Assembly (NCBI RefSeq): GCF_006345805.1
Contig: NW_021832206.1
Coordinates: forward strand, 1-38,168
Origin: Octopus sinensis
Taxonomy: Eukaryota
Direction: 5' to 3'
Length of the DNA: 38,168 nt
The notes under the pieces are model-generated. The model did no database searches. It was not told the DNA's origin and saw only the letters and a program-made list of their open reading frames with translations. Both the position numbers and the translations under genes were made by a program. Positions 24,035 through 35,819 of the stretch are shown in pieces (position 1 is the stretch's first letter; each line of letters starts with the position of its first letter).

Positions 24035-25395
24035 GAGGGGGGGAGGGAAAAATTTATTAGTTAAGGGAGGCAGTTAAAAAACTAACTAAGTAGACCTTCG
24101 GCATCGCTGCCTTTTCAGTCTCCATCACAACCACGCCTCCCTACACACAACCACAAGTTAAGACTTACCGCCTTACCTGCCATCCAGAAATAATCTTCTC
24201 TAGGACCTCAGAGAGGCCTCTGAGGGATGATTCCTGGGCGTCGGAGAGCTCAGTCCGGAATCCTAAGCCATAGACTAGCCTTATGGCTCGTCTTCTTATT
24301 TTAAGCACGTCAACATGCTTATCCCTTCCTCATAGAGGTACCAAGCGTGGACGCCATAGGTCAAGACGGGTAACACCATGGCGTTAAACACGCGGAACCA
24401 GGCACCTCTGCTCAGCGGAAAGCACGCAACGCACCTAATCGCTGCATTGCACGCATTTTCGTACGTGCATGTGATCATCAAACTTACCGGACGGCTTAAG
24501 ACACGCGCAGCGCCCAACATAGTCATCCGATCAACTGCACCGATTGCTGACCCGCTCAGCAATAACCTAGGAACAAAATTAGTCTAACCCCTCGTCCTTT
24601 TACAGACTTTAAGGACACTGCACTTGTCCGCGCACATTCTCAGACCCCTACTCCCACACCAGTTTGCAAGTCCATCCACAGCAACCTGAAGCCTACGACA
24701 CGCACACTCCGGTTTCATTGAGTGATCCCAGAGGATAATGTCGTCTGCATAGATTACCATTTCAGTACGAGCATTGATGGCATAGGCGCAGTGGCCATAA
24801 ACACATTGAATAGTGTCGGACTGAGCACAGAGCCCTGAGGGACCCCGCGAAGGACGTGTTGCGACTTTAGAAAAGACCCCCTGATGCCGCACGACTGTCT
24901 GCGAGATTAAAAGAAACCCCGACAGCCAGCGCCTTAGACACGGAGAAACCCCACACGTTGCAAGGGAACTCCGGAGGCCGTCGTGCCACACCGAGTCGAA
25001 GGCCTTTTCAATGTCGAGACTAACTAAATACCGCATTCCCTTTTCTGGAGGGCGCTCTTCATACTAGACGACACCTTGTGAAGGCAGTCCCCGCATGAGC
25101 GCCCCTCCCTGAAGCCCCATTGGAACTCAGGGAGGGCGTCTGCCACCATCAGCTCCTCCAGGAGCCTTTGGTGCATAATTCTTTCTAGGATTTTAGATAT
25201 CGCGGGGAGCAAGGAAATGGGCCTATATCCCCCGGGGACATCATGTGGCTTCCCGGGTTTTCCGATAAGGATCACCTCAGCTACTTTCCACCTGGAAGGA
25301 ATCATCCCAAGTCGCAAGCTCCCGTTAAATAAAACCTTTAGCGCAGTGATTAACCGCGGCGGGGCCTTCTTAAAGATGGCCATCGGGATCCGATC
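24035..25395 (-). mobile_element. Family C 3' part (RT, 3' UTR, C-rich tail)
   Basis: YRPISL, LDIEKAFD, YADD; AATAAA followed by TTTTTCCCTCCCCCCC. Confidence 0.9.
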
Positions 25396-25911
25396 TGTCG
25401 AGATCCAATGAGGGATTCCTTTAAGGATCAAGACTGAGGCCTTCTCAGCTATTGAGGCAAGTTTATGGCCGCCTTCGCCAAACATATTCGATTGAGTCAG
25501 CTCTGCTTTGAACGCAGCAGCATCCTCGGGCGATCTGAATTTTAGAATGAAGGTGCCGGACTTCTGCAAAGTTATCCGAGCTTTGGAGGCAGTTAGCGAC
25601 TTGGATAGGAGGTTAAACCTCTTGATCTTTCCAAGCGTCGGGTTTTCAATACTCAAGGAATATGTGAGGGTCTCATGGGATTGGGTCTCACTCTGTTTTT
25701 GGGGCCCAGTAGGCTTCGGCAGTTCTGTGGGATCCTCAGCTTTGATTGGTTCACAAAAGGGCTGTGGCTTTGCCGCTGTTCGTCTTTGAGCTTTGGCGCA
25801 AGCTTTGATTGATGAGAGATTTTGATTATTCTTGACCATTTTTTCTTTCTTTTCCTTGACCATGATATTCAATCCGATATTCAATCCGATATTCAATCCG
25901 ATATTCAATCC
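25394..25911 (-). mobile_element. Family B ORF1 5' part, fused in frame to the family C RT
   Basis: MVKEKKEK...GIPHWIST|DRIPMAIFKK; preceded by four copies of the 12-mer GATATTCAATCC (+ strand). Confidence 0.85.
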
Positions 25912-26135
25912 TGTTTCCCCTCACTATTGCAACATTATATAATAAAAAAGTATTATTCCAAAATTTTTTTAAAAAGTATCATTCCGAATTTTTTGAGAGG
26001 AATAATTTGTAATAGTAGATAATTAAAATATTTCTTAATAAAATAAAACAATAATGTAAAACGAGAAAGTTATAAATTAGTTAATGTCATGAGGAAATTA
26101 TTATTATAATACATTCCGTAGGAACATTAACAAAG

Positions 26136-26560
26136 TTATAATCCGACACGTGTCACAAGCAAAACAATCTTCTGTTCCTTGCTCGTCCATGCCCCTCTGT
26201 TGCGGGCGAAATCCCGCAAAGATTTTAGATCGTCCCAGTTTTTGAAACTTTTGCCATGAAGTTTGAGATCCCTTTCAAGAACTGCCGGAAGAGTGGATCT
26301 AGATCTTCCACGATATTTGTCTCCATGTTCGGAAAAATAATCATCCATTGCCCGATTGGTCGGGCTCTGGGGTCCATTCGCAAAATATTAATAAATAATT
26401 TCCACCGGCCTCTAACGATTTCACCGACCTTCCGCGAGCTTGGTTCGAAATGCCCACATTGAAAATCTTATCATAAGACAGTCACCATCTGGCAACTCGA
26501 TGCAATAGAATGCTTAATTCCGAGCAAACAAGGCGACATAACGAAATTGTTAAATGCATA
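26136..26560 (-). pseudogene. Degraded C-terminal fragment of an unrelated (RTE-like) non-LTR ORF
   Basis: MDDYF...YRGRSRSTLPAVLERDL...LRDFARNRGAW resembles the RGRP..T...DL...A.DR..W tail of RTE-type proteins; recognised from memory only. Confidence 0.45.
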
Positions 26561-27983
26561 CACATGCACCTATGCAGAAAATTTGGATTCAAAAAATCAA
26601 AAAGGTTAAAGACTCACTCTATCCAAAGAGTTGACACTACTATCCTTAGTTAATTTACTAAATAATTAGATTAATTATTCAAGTTTAATGCAACTTGGGT
26701 CACTCGTCTTCTGAAAAAGTTAAATTTGTTGACTTAAATAGCAATATCAAAAAAATGACAATTTGGGAAATTAATTATTTTAAAAATAAAATGAATAACA
26801 ACGTCATTAAGAAATGCCAAATCGCATAAAAAAGCTCATTCGAAACGTAAAGAAAAAAAGTAAATTTACAAAAAATAACACTTATAGATGAATTAAAACA
26901 CAACACTGATCACCAACCCGTAATAGCGACCACTCCAATGCAGTTAAGCATTATTGAACTCCAAAAACAAGCCCGTAAACAGATGACCGTACAGGAGAAA
27001 CTTCTGGAAGTAGTGGACAGTTTTGACGTTCTGTCCCAATCAGAGGCCAACTACTTAGTCCTAGACCAGAAATACTTGACAGAGCTAAAATAATCGAAAA
27101 TCCACCAACATATGCCCCTTCAGGACACAGCCTTAGTCTTGAATCTATCGAAGCTCCAATTCAAAGAAAGCCTTACAAACCTTATGTTAAACCACATTCA
27201 ACAAGCGCGTTTATACTTTCCTCAATTATATTTAGTATAATTGTATGTTTATATTTTAGCTGCAATCGCACTTTTGGTTCACCATAACGCATTCAGACCA
27301 CAAATGAACGACATTAAGCCTATTGAACAGCTTTGTGAAAAAATGTCTCTACATATATTGATCACAATAACCAAGTGAATGTCACAATATGAAGGCTCTG
27401 AATGCTGGATAATTGGAATATGAGACTTCAGATGTCAACGAACTTGGTTATTTTATTAAAATAAAAAAATGTCGGAATATTTGGACCTGGATATTTTCTT
27501 GTTAATAGAAATGATAAAGAGGGAACAAACTACATAAAGCATAGATTTATTGGAAAATATGAATATCCGATGGAATTTGTGGAAATAGTTTGCAACAAAT
27601 ATTTGTTGCCTCTTAAGTAAATTACTTTTTGATGTAAAAATAAATTTATCTGAAAAATTATCTTTTATAAATACAGATAAGCTGTTTTTAATCCAAATAT
27701 TTTTTTTTGACTTTAAATCAGTTCGACTCCCTCGAGCAACCATCTTGTTGTATAGGCGTCAAAAATAATTCAGTACCAGTCTCTTGTTTTTTACAATAAA
27801 AAATTCTGTTCTGTTAATTGTCATTTTATAATATTTATCTTTACAGAGGGTAGATAAAGACCGCCCAGTCCCTGCATTATAAAAAGAACACACGTAGAAA
27901 GAAGGAAATTATAAACAACGTGGAAGGAAGTAAATTATAGAAAAACTGTATAAATAAATAAAACTGCGATAAAATATGCACAA

Positions 27984-28250
27984 ATGGTTTTCTCCTCAAA
28001 GAAATTCCTGGAAAAATATGGCTGGAAAGAAGGTTTGTGTTATAAATTATAAAATATAAAGGTTCGGGTCTAGGAAAAAACAGTCAAGGGCGAACCGAAC
28101 TGGTCCCCATTAAAAGGAATAGGGGTATGATTACAATTTATAACAATTTAGGTCGGTTATCAAGAAGTACTTGATAAATTGGTAGACGCACAGTTTATAA
28201 GGACCTACCAAAATAAAGAAAACGAAGCCGGAAAGATTTTAGGGCGCTAA
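27984..28250 (+). CDS. G-patch domain protein with two tiny introns (28033-28061 and about 28125-28151); possibly truncated
   Basis: Splicing the 29-bp GT..AG intron gives KKFLEKYGWKEGSGLGKNSQGRTELVPI, a G-patch consensus. Frame after intron 2 is ambiguous. Confidence 0.7.
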
Positions 28251-28522
28251 AATACAAGATCGCCAAATCCGGGAACAAATAAATAAAATTTTGCCATAAG
28301 AATATAAAGAATAAAACTTTCTATCAAAAAATAAAGTAAAATTCAATTAATAAAAGATAAATGAGAAGATTTGAAATAAGCGAAATAAACAAATGAAAGA
28401 ATAAACTCGCAAATATAACAAAATGATGAAATTTCAGATAATTTATAATTAAAAGAAACTACATCGCAAAATATTCCTTCTAATCCAAATAAATAAAAAA
28501 ATAAAGATTGACCAAATAATGG

Positions 28523-28610
28523 CAAATTGTGAAACAGAATTGCGAGCAGATTGTTTCCTTGGAAATTTTGCTCCAGTAGATTTTTGAGCAGTTTGTTGTG
28601 TTTTAGCCAT
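28523..28610 (-). pseudogene. H3: Histone H3 5' fragment (diverged, small deletion)
   Basis: MAKTQQTAQKSTG...; aligns to 18328-18427, and its leader shares TTTCAGACAGGA (+ strand) with the full H3. Confidence 0.85.
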
Positions 28611-28629
28611 ATTTTTGTTATTTCAGACA

Positions 28630-31297
28630 GGAGGGGGAGGAAAAATTTATTAGTTAAGGGAGGCAGTTAAAAAACTAACTAAGTGAACCTTCGGCATCGC
28701 TGCCTTTTCAGTCTCCATCACACACACGCCCTACACACGACCACAAGTTAAGACTTACCGCCTTACCTGCCATCCAGAAATAATCTTCTCTAGGACCTCA
28801 GAGAGGCCTTTGAGGGATGATTCCTGGGCGTCGGAGAGCTCAGTCCGGAATCCTAAGCCATAGGCTAGCCTTATGGCTCGTCTTCTTACTTTTTTAAGCA
28901 CGTCAACATGCTTATCCCTGTCCTCATAGAGGTACCAAGCGTGGACGCCATAGGTCAAGACGGGTAACACCATGGCGTTAAACACGCGGAACCAGGCACC
29001 TATGCTCAAGCGGAAAGCACGCAACGCACCTAATCGCTGCATTGCACGCATTTTCGTACGTGCAATGTGATCATCAAACTTACCGGACGGCTTAAAGAGC
29101 ACGCCCAAATAAGTCATCCGATCAACTGCAGCGATTGCTGACCCGCTCAGCAATAACCTAGGAACAAAATTAGTGTAACCCCTCGTCCTTTTACAGACTT
29201 TAAGGACACTGCACTTGTCCGCGCACATTCTCAGACCCCTACTCCCACACCAGTTTGCAAGTCCATCCACAGCAACCTGAAGCTACGACACGCACACTCC
29301 GGTTTCATTGAGTGATCCCAGAGGATAATGTCGTCTGCATAGATTACCATTTCAGTACGAGCATTGACTGGCATAGGCGCAGTGGCCATAAACACATTGA
29401 ATAGTGTCGGACTGAGCACAGAGCCCTGAGGGACCCCGCGAAGGACTGTTGCGACTTTAGAAAAGACCCCCTGATGCCGCACGACCTGTCTGCGAGATTC
29501 AAGAAAACCCGACAGCCAGCGCCTTAGACACGGAGAAACCCCACACGTGGCAAGGGAACTCCGGAGGCCGTCGTGCCACACCGAGTCGAAGGCCTTTTCA
29601 ATGTCGAGACTAACTAAATACCGCATTCCCTTTTCTGAGGGCGCTCTTCATACTAGACGACACCTTGTGAAGGCAGTCCCCGCATGAGCGGCCCTCCCTG
29701 AAGCCCCATTGGAACTCAGGGAGGGCGTCTGCCACCATCAGCTCCTCCAGGAGCCTTTGGTGCATAATTCTTTCTAGGATTTTAGATATCGCGGGGAGCA
29801 AGAGGAAATGGGCCTATATCCCCCGGGGACATCATGTGGCTTCCCGGGTTTTCCGATAAGGATCACCTCAGCTACTTTCCACCTGGAAGGAATCATCCCA
29901 AGTCGCAAGCTCCCGTTAAATAAAACCTTTAGCGCAGTGATTAACCGCGGCGGGGCCTTCTTAAAGATGGCCATCGGGATCCGATCCAAGCCGCGCGTGT
30001 TCTTACTTCGGGAGATTGCTGCCAGAATCTCCGCTTCAGTAATTTCGCCTGCATCGTCCATTGATATATCCAGCTGGCAGCGCTTGTCCCACGACAATAT
30101 CTGCTGGACAGTATCAAAGGACGATGTCTCTACGAACTGACTTCCGTCAGTTCCCGAGATGTCATTGAGATGGGCTGAAAGTATTTCAACCACCTCAACC
30201 GGGTCCGAAGCGAGGGTTCCATCAGAGCGTTTAAGGCGCACTGACTTAGCCCCCCTTCTCCCCGACAGGCTCTTCAACTGCTTCCAGAAGTCCGGAAAGC
30301 GAGGGTCCACCCTTCGGCAGGCCCTCTCCCACCGCGAACTTTCGAGTTCGCGGATTTCTCTTCGGATCTCCCTCTGAAGCCGGCTAATCCAGCCACGAAA
30401 CCAAACACGGTTCTCCTCGTAAATGCATTTGTCCCGTAGTCTGGATAGCCGGCGCTCGCCAGGGGCTGAGTGCAATGGCATCTCCACGTATGGAGGACGC
30501 CTTTTCAGCCCCAGGTTGTGCCGGACGGTGCCGCCGTTAGCCGCCTCGGAAGGCATTGCCGGCTTAGGCAACCAAGCGGACTCGGAAGCTTCGCCTGCTT
30601 TGCCAACTTTGTCGGCGAAGGCTGCACCGACCCACACGCAGCATGGCTCACAGGTTCCACTGGCTTCGCCACCCTAGCGGGTTTGAAGGTTTGGCCAGTA
30701 TCGCCTGCTTGTCAGGTTTTGGGGCAGGGGGCGCGACGCGAGGCGGGCGCCTTACCTTTGGGATTACATCCCCACCTACCTTTCGGGCTGCCTCCTTAAA
30801 CTTGGGGCAACCTCTGAAGTTGGCAGTGGTCCTAACTTACCGCAGTTGGACACATGCCTCTCCTTGGATGGTGAGGGGCAGTCTTGCGACCATGCTCTCA
30901 CCGCAGATAAGGCACTTAGCCTTATCCGGGCACTTCGTCGAGAGATGTGCCCGAACCCTGACACCGAAAGCATGGGTTGCTTTCGGGCGGGGCAAGGCAG
31001 CTCGGATCCTAATGTAGCCGATCTGGTACCAAGAAGGTACCAGGCGCTCGGCCTCTGCAGGAGATCCCAGTGTTAGCTCCGCCACTTCAAGAGGGCGATT
31101 ACCATGCTTGAAGCGTGCAATGGCAGAGGCACTGGGGTACTCCTGCTGCAGGTGATCTAGGAGGTCATTATCCTCGAAGTCCCGAGGAACCCCGAGGAGG
31201 AGGACACTTACCTTTCTTACCTTACGTTCGATCCTGACTAGGCGATGCATGCCAGGACCGAACGGATTGACTTCTCCAACTCCCCTTTGAAGTTGGA
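28630..31297 (-). mobile_element. Family C, 5'-truncated, with an internal deletion removing the endonuclease
   Basis: ORF1 ...SAPGER|RLSRLRDK (ORF2) junction near 30452; the tail abuts the H3 leader. Confidence 0.88.
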
Positions 31298-31327
31298 ATT
31301 AAATCATTTTTTTATTAAAAAAACAAG

Positions 31328-31521
31328 TTATGTTTTTTCACCTCGAATTCTTCTCGATAAATTGCATATCGTTTGGCATTATAGTACTCTTTTCCGTGAA
31401 TTGCGCACAAATTACTGTCTTCAAAATTCCAACTAGGTAACTCTCTGCCGCTTCATGGAGAGCGACAATCGCTGACGATTGAAAACGCAATCAGTTTTGA
31501 ATAAACTGAGCGGTTCTCTCA
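31328..31521 (-). pseudogene. H3: Histone H3 C-terminal fragment
   Basis: Matches 18020-18216 with indels. Confidence 0.85.
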
Positions 31522-31531
31522 ATTTTCCCTA

Positions 31532-33062
31532 ATGTCTGGACGTGGTAAAGGTGGCAAAGGAGGAAGAGTGGTGCAAAACGATTTCGAAAGATATTAATTG
31601 ACAATATACAAGGAATTACTAAGCCTCAATAAGAAGACTATGTCCGAAGGGGGTGTTCGAAGAATTTCTGGAAAAAATTTACGAGGAAAGAAAGAAGAAG
31701 CCTGGACCCTCCCACGTGGGTTCAGCACTCACTGGAGACTCTTCTTCCTCGGCAGGAAATAAGGTTTCACCCGAGGACGGTTGCACACGGTCAGGAAACC
31801 CAAACGTGTTGCCGGCCGTCCAACCCCCCTAATGTTTTAGGTACTGGGTGTGTGTCCGCTCAGGTGGATGCACACCCAAAGAAGACCACTGGCGCCGGGG
31901 GTAGAATTACCTTTGGTGCTGTGGCACGACTTGAGGTCCTCCCTATTAGTGGGAAGGCCTCGGTCATAAAAATTTAGGTGTCTGGACCTATCCAGCCCTC
32001 AAAGCTGTATAGAGTCCTGAAGAGGGAGCCCACCCAATTCCTGCTTGGGTGGGAGAAGGAGGATGACTTCTCCAACTTCAAAGGGGAGTTGGAGAAGTCA
32101 ATCCGTTCGGTCCTGGCATGCATCGCCTAGTCAGGATCGAACGTAAGGTAAGAAAGGTAAGTGTCCCCTCCTCCTCGGGGTTTCCTCGGGACTTCGAGGA
32201 TAATGACCTCCTAGATCACCTGCAGCAGGAGTACCCCAGTGCCTCTGCCATTGCACGCTTCAAGCAGGGTAATCGCCCTCTTGAAGTGGGCGAGCTAACA
32301 CTGGGATCTCCTGCAGAGCCGAGAGCCTGGTACTTCTTGGTACCAGGATCGGCTACATTAGGATCCGAGCTGCCTGGCCCGCCGAAAAGCAACCCAATGC
32401 TTTCGGTGTCAGGGTTCGGGCACATCTCTAACGAAGTGCCCGGATAAGGCTAAGTGCCTTATCTGCGGTGGAGAGCATGGTCGCAAGACGTGCGCCCTCA
32501 CCATCCAAGGAGAGGCAGTGTGTCAACTGCGGTAAGTTAGGACACACTGCCAACTTCAGAGGTTGCCCCAAGTTTAAGGAGGCAGCCCGAAAGGGTAAGT
32601 GGGGATGTAATCCCAAAGGTAAGGCGCCCGCCTCGCGTCGCGCCCCCTGCCCCAAAACCTGACAAGCAGGCGATACTGGCAAACCTTCCAAACCGCTAGG
32701 GTGGCGAGCCAGTGGAACCTGTGAGCCATGCTGCGTGTGGGTCGGTGCAGCCTTCGCCGACAAAGTTGCAAAGCAGGCGAAAGCTTCCGAGTCCGCTTGT
32801 TGCCTAAGCCGGCAATGCCTTCCGAGGCGGCTAACGGCGGCACCGTCCGGCACAACCTGGGGCTGAAAAGGCGTCCTCCATACGTGGAGATGCCATTGCA
32901 CTCAGCCCCTGGCGAGCGTGTACCGCAGGACAGTATTAGTCCTGCGGTGCAATTATGCGTTTCCTATTAAAATTTTGTAGGGAGATGAATTGCAGTGTAG
33001 ATGAAATGCTACACTGCAACGTTGCCGAGGCCAAGAAGATCCTTGGCGAAGAACCGATATGA
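31532..33062 (+). CDS. Family C ORF1: H4(1-53)::gag-like zinc-knuckle protein (frameshifted here)
   Basis: H4 N-terminus; CLICG.EH and CVNCGKLGHTANFRGC. Confidence 0.8.
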
Positions 33063-35667
33063 TGCTTCAACATCATATCGGTGAACGCGCGTTCCCTGGA
33101 AGGAAAAGGGACGCCGTTCAGAGGATGTTGGCCACCACGAGTGTGCGGACATTCTGGTGGTCAACGAAACGAAGATAAGGGGGGTCCGTACGTAGTTGAT
33201 GGCTACAACTGTCGTCACATACCCTGGAAAGACGGTCAATATGTGGCACGGGAACTAGCCTCTTCTACAAGCCGTACCCTTCCCCTACAAAGTTCAGGTT
33301 TATGTTTATGTAGCCTATGTGAATTCCTCCAAGTGAGAATTCGCATAGGTGAGCTTACATTTTACCTAGGAGGGATGTACTCGAAGAACTTTACGGCGTG
33401 CTCCTGGCATGTACGGGAGTTCTTTGAAAAGCATCCGAAGGCCATGGTTGTTTGGGGGACCTGAATGCCAAGCATCAAGATCTTGGCTTCAGGGTACCAA
33501 CTCGCATGGTTTGGCTCTGAAGACGCTGATTGAAGAACTCGGGCTGGAAATCCGGACCTCGAGCGAGCCAAACCACGTCGACACGAGGGGAGGACGTGAC
33601 TGGCTAGGGCTTGCTCTGGTCAGTCCCGGTCTTCTAAATTGGGTTAGTAAAACTATTTTATTGCCCGATATTGGGAGCGACCATCTGCCTCTATTGCACG
33701 AACTCCGTGAGCCAGTTCCTCAAAGGGTCCCAGATACTTTGACCTCCGGGTGGGTTCCTGGGCTAACCTGGAGAGTTTCATGGCCAGCAGGTTGCCCTCA
33801 CTTCTGGTGGGGATACCTGCGCCAACATACGTGAGTTGGAGGCGCTTGATAATGGAATCAATGCTGCCCTGACTGATTACATGCGAGATAATTTCAAACA
33901 GAACTCAGTGCAGGGTCAGTCACATTCCACGCTCCCTCACCGATCTTAAATAAAAATTAGGTTCAAGCGCGGCTATCCACTACGGGACAAATGCATTTAC
34001 GAGGAGAACCGTGTTTTGTTTCGTGGCTGGATTAGCCGGCTTCAGAGGGAGATCCGAAGAGAAATCCGCGGAACTCGAAAGTTCGCGGTGGGAGAGGGCC
34101 TGCCGAAGGGTGGACCCTCGCTTTCCGGACTTCTGGAAGCAGTTGAAGAGCCTGTCGGGGAGAAGGGGGGCTAAGTCAGTGCGCCTTAAACGCTCTGATG
34201 GAACCCTCGCTTCGGACCCGGTTGAGGTGGTTGAAATACTTTCAGCCCATCTCAATGACATCTCGGGAACTGACGGAAGTCAGTTCGTAGAGACATCGTC
34301 CTTTGATACTGTCCAGCAGATATTGTCGTGGGACAAGCGCTGCCAGCTGGATATATCAATGGACGATGCAGGCGAAATTACTGAAGCGGAGATTCTGGCA
34401 GCAATCTCCCGAAGTAAGAACACCGCGGCGGGCTTGGATCGGATCCCGATGGCCATCTTTAAGAAGGCCCCCCGCCGCGGTTAATCACTGCGCTAAAGGT
34501 TTTATTTAACGGGAGCTTGCGACTTTGGGATGATTCCTTCCAGGTGGAAAGTAGCTGAGGTGATCCTTATCGGAAAACCCGGGAAGCCACATGATGTCCC
34601 CGGGGGATATAGGCCCATTCCTTGCTCCCCGCGATATCTAAAATCCTAGAAAGAATTATGCACCAAAGGCTCCTGGAGGAGCTGATGGTGGCAGACGCCC
34701 TCCCTGAGTTCCAATGGGCTTCAGGGAGGGCCGCTCATGCGGGGACTGCCTTCACAAGGTGTCGTCTAGTATGAAGAGCGCCCTCCAGAAAAGGGAATGC
34801 GGTATTTTAGTTAGTCTCGACATTGAAAAGGCCTTCGACTCGGTGTGGCACGACGGCCTCCGGAGTTCCCTTGCCACGTGTGGGGTTTCTCCGTGTCTAA
34901 GGCGCTGGCTGTCGGGGTTTCTTGAATCTCGCAGACAGGTCGTGCGGCATCAGGGGGTCTTTTCTAAAGTCGCAACAGTCCTTCGCGGGGTCCCTCAGGG
35001 CTCTGTGCTCAGTCCGACACTATTCAATGTGTTTATGGCCACTGCGCCTATGCCAGTCAATGCTCGTACTGAAATGGTAATCTATGCAGACGACATTATC
35101 CTCTGGGATCACTCAATGAAACCGGAGTGTGCGTGTCGTAGGTTCAGGTTGCTGTGGATGGACTTGCAAACTGGTGTGGGAGTAGGGGGGTCTGAGAATG
35201 TGCGCGGACAAGTGCAGTGTCCTTAAAGTCTGTAAAAGGACGAGGGGTTACACTAATTTTGTTCCTAGGTTATTGCTGAGGCGTCAGCAATCGCTGCAGT
35301 TGACCGGATGACTTATTTGGGCGTGCTCTTTAAGCCGTCCGGTAAGTTTGATGATCACATTGCACGTACGAAAATGCGTGCAATGCAGCGATTAGGTGCG
35401 TTGCGTGCTTTCCGCTTGAGCAGAGGTGCCTGGTTCCGCGTGTTAACGCCATGTGTTACCCGTCTTGACCTATGGCGTCCCGCTTGGTACCTCTATGAGG
35501 ACAGGGATAAGCATGTTGACGTGCTTAAAAAAGTAAGAAGACGAGCCATAAGGCTAGCCTATGGCTTAGGATTCCGGACTGAGCTCTCCGCGCGCCCAGG
35601 AATCATCCCTCAAAGGCCTCTCTGAGGTCCTAGAGAAGATTATTTCTGGATGGCAGGTAAGCGGTAA
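33059..35667 (+). CDS. Family C ORF2: APE plus RT (frameshifted here)
   Basis: VNARS, DIGSDHLP, LDIEKAFD, GVPQGSVLSPTLFN, YADD, YLG. Confidence 0.88.
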
Positions 35668-35789
35668 GTCTTAACTTGTGGTTGTGTGTAGGGAGGCGTG
35701 TGTGTGATGGAGACTGAAAAGGCAGCGATGCGCGAAGGTCTACTTAGTTAGTTTTAACTGCCTCCCTTAACTAATAAATTTTTCCCCCG

Positions 35790-35803
35790 GAACATACAAA
35801 TTT
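35790..35803 (+). repeat. 14-bp target-site duplication, left copy (right copy 37371-37384)
   Basis: GAACATACAAATTT flanks the family A insertion on both sides. Confidence 0.85.
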
Positions 35804-35819
35804 TTTCCTTCGGAACAAT

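Larger units (their letters stand above)
31521..35788 (+). mobile_element. Non-LTR family C, full length, H4-led (about 4.3 kb)
   Basis: Leader AATTTTCCCTA, H4 codons 31532-31688, ORF1 to 33062, ORF2 33059-35667, AATAAA at 35773, C-rich tail. Confidence 0.93.

Noticed and set aside
25864-25911. 12-mer GATATTCAATCC repeat as histone-derived
   Set aside because: No match to the histone sequences in the window; treated as a variable repeat in the B leader.
26880-27210. Possible degraded coding fragment
   Set aside because: No long ORF or recognisable motif.
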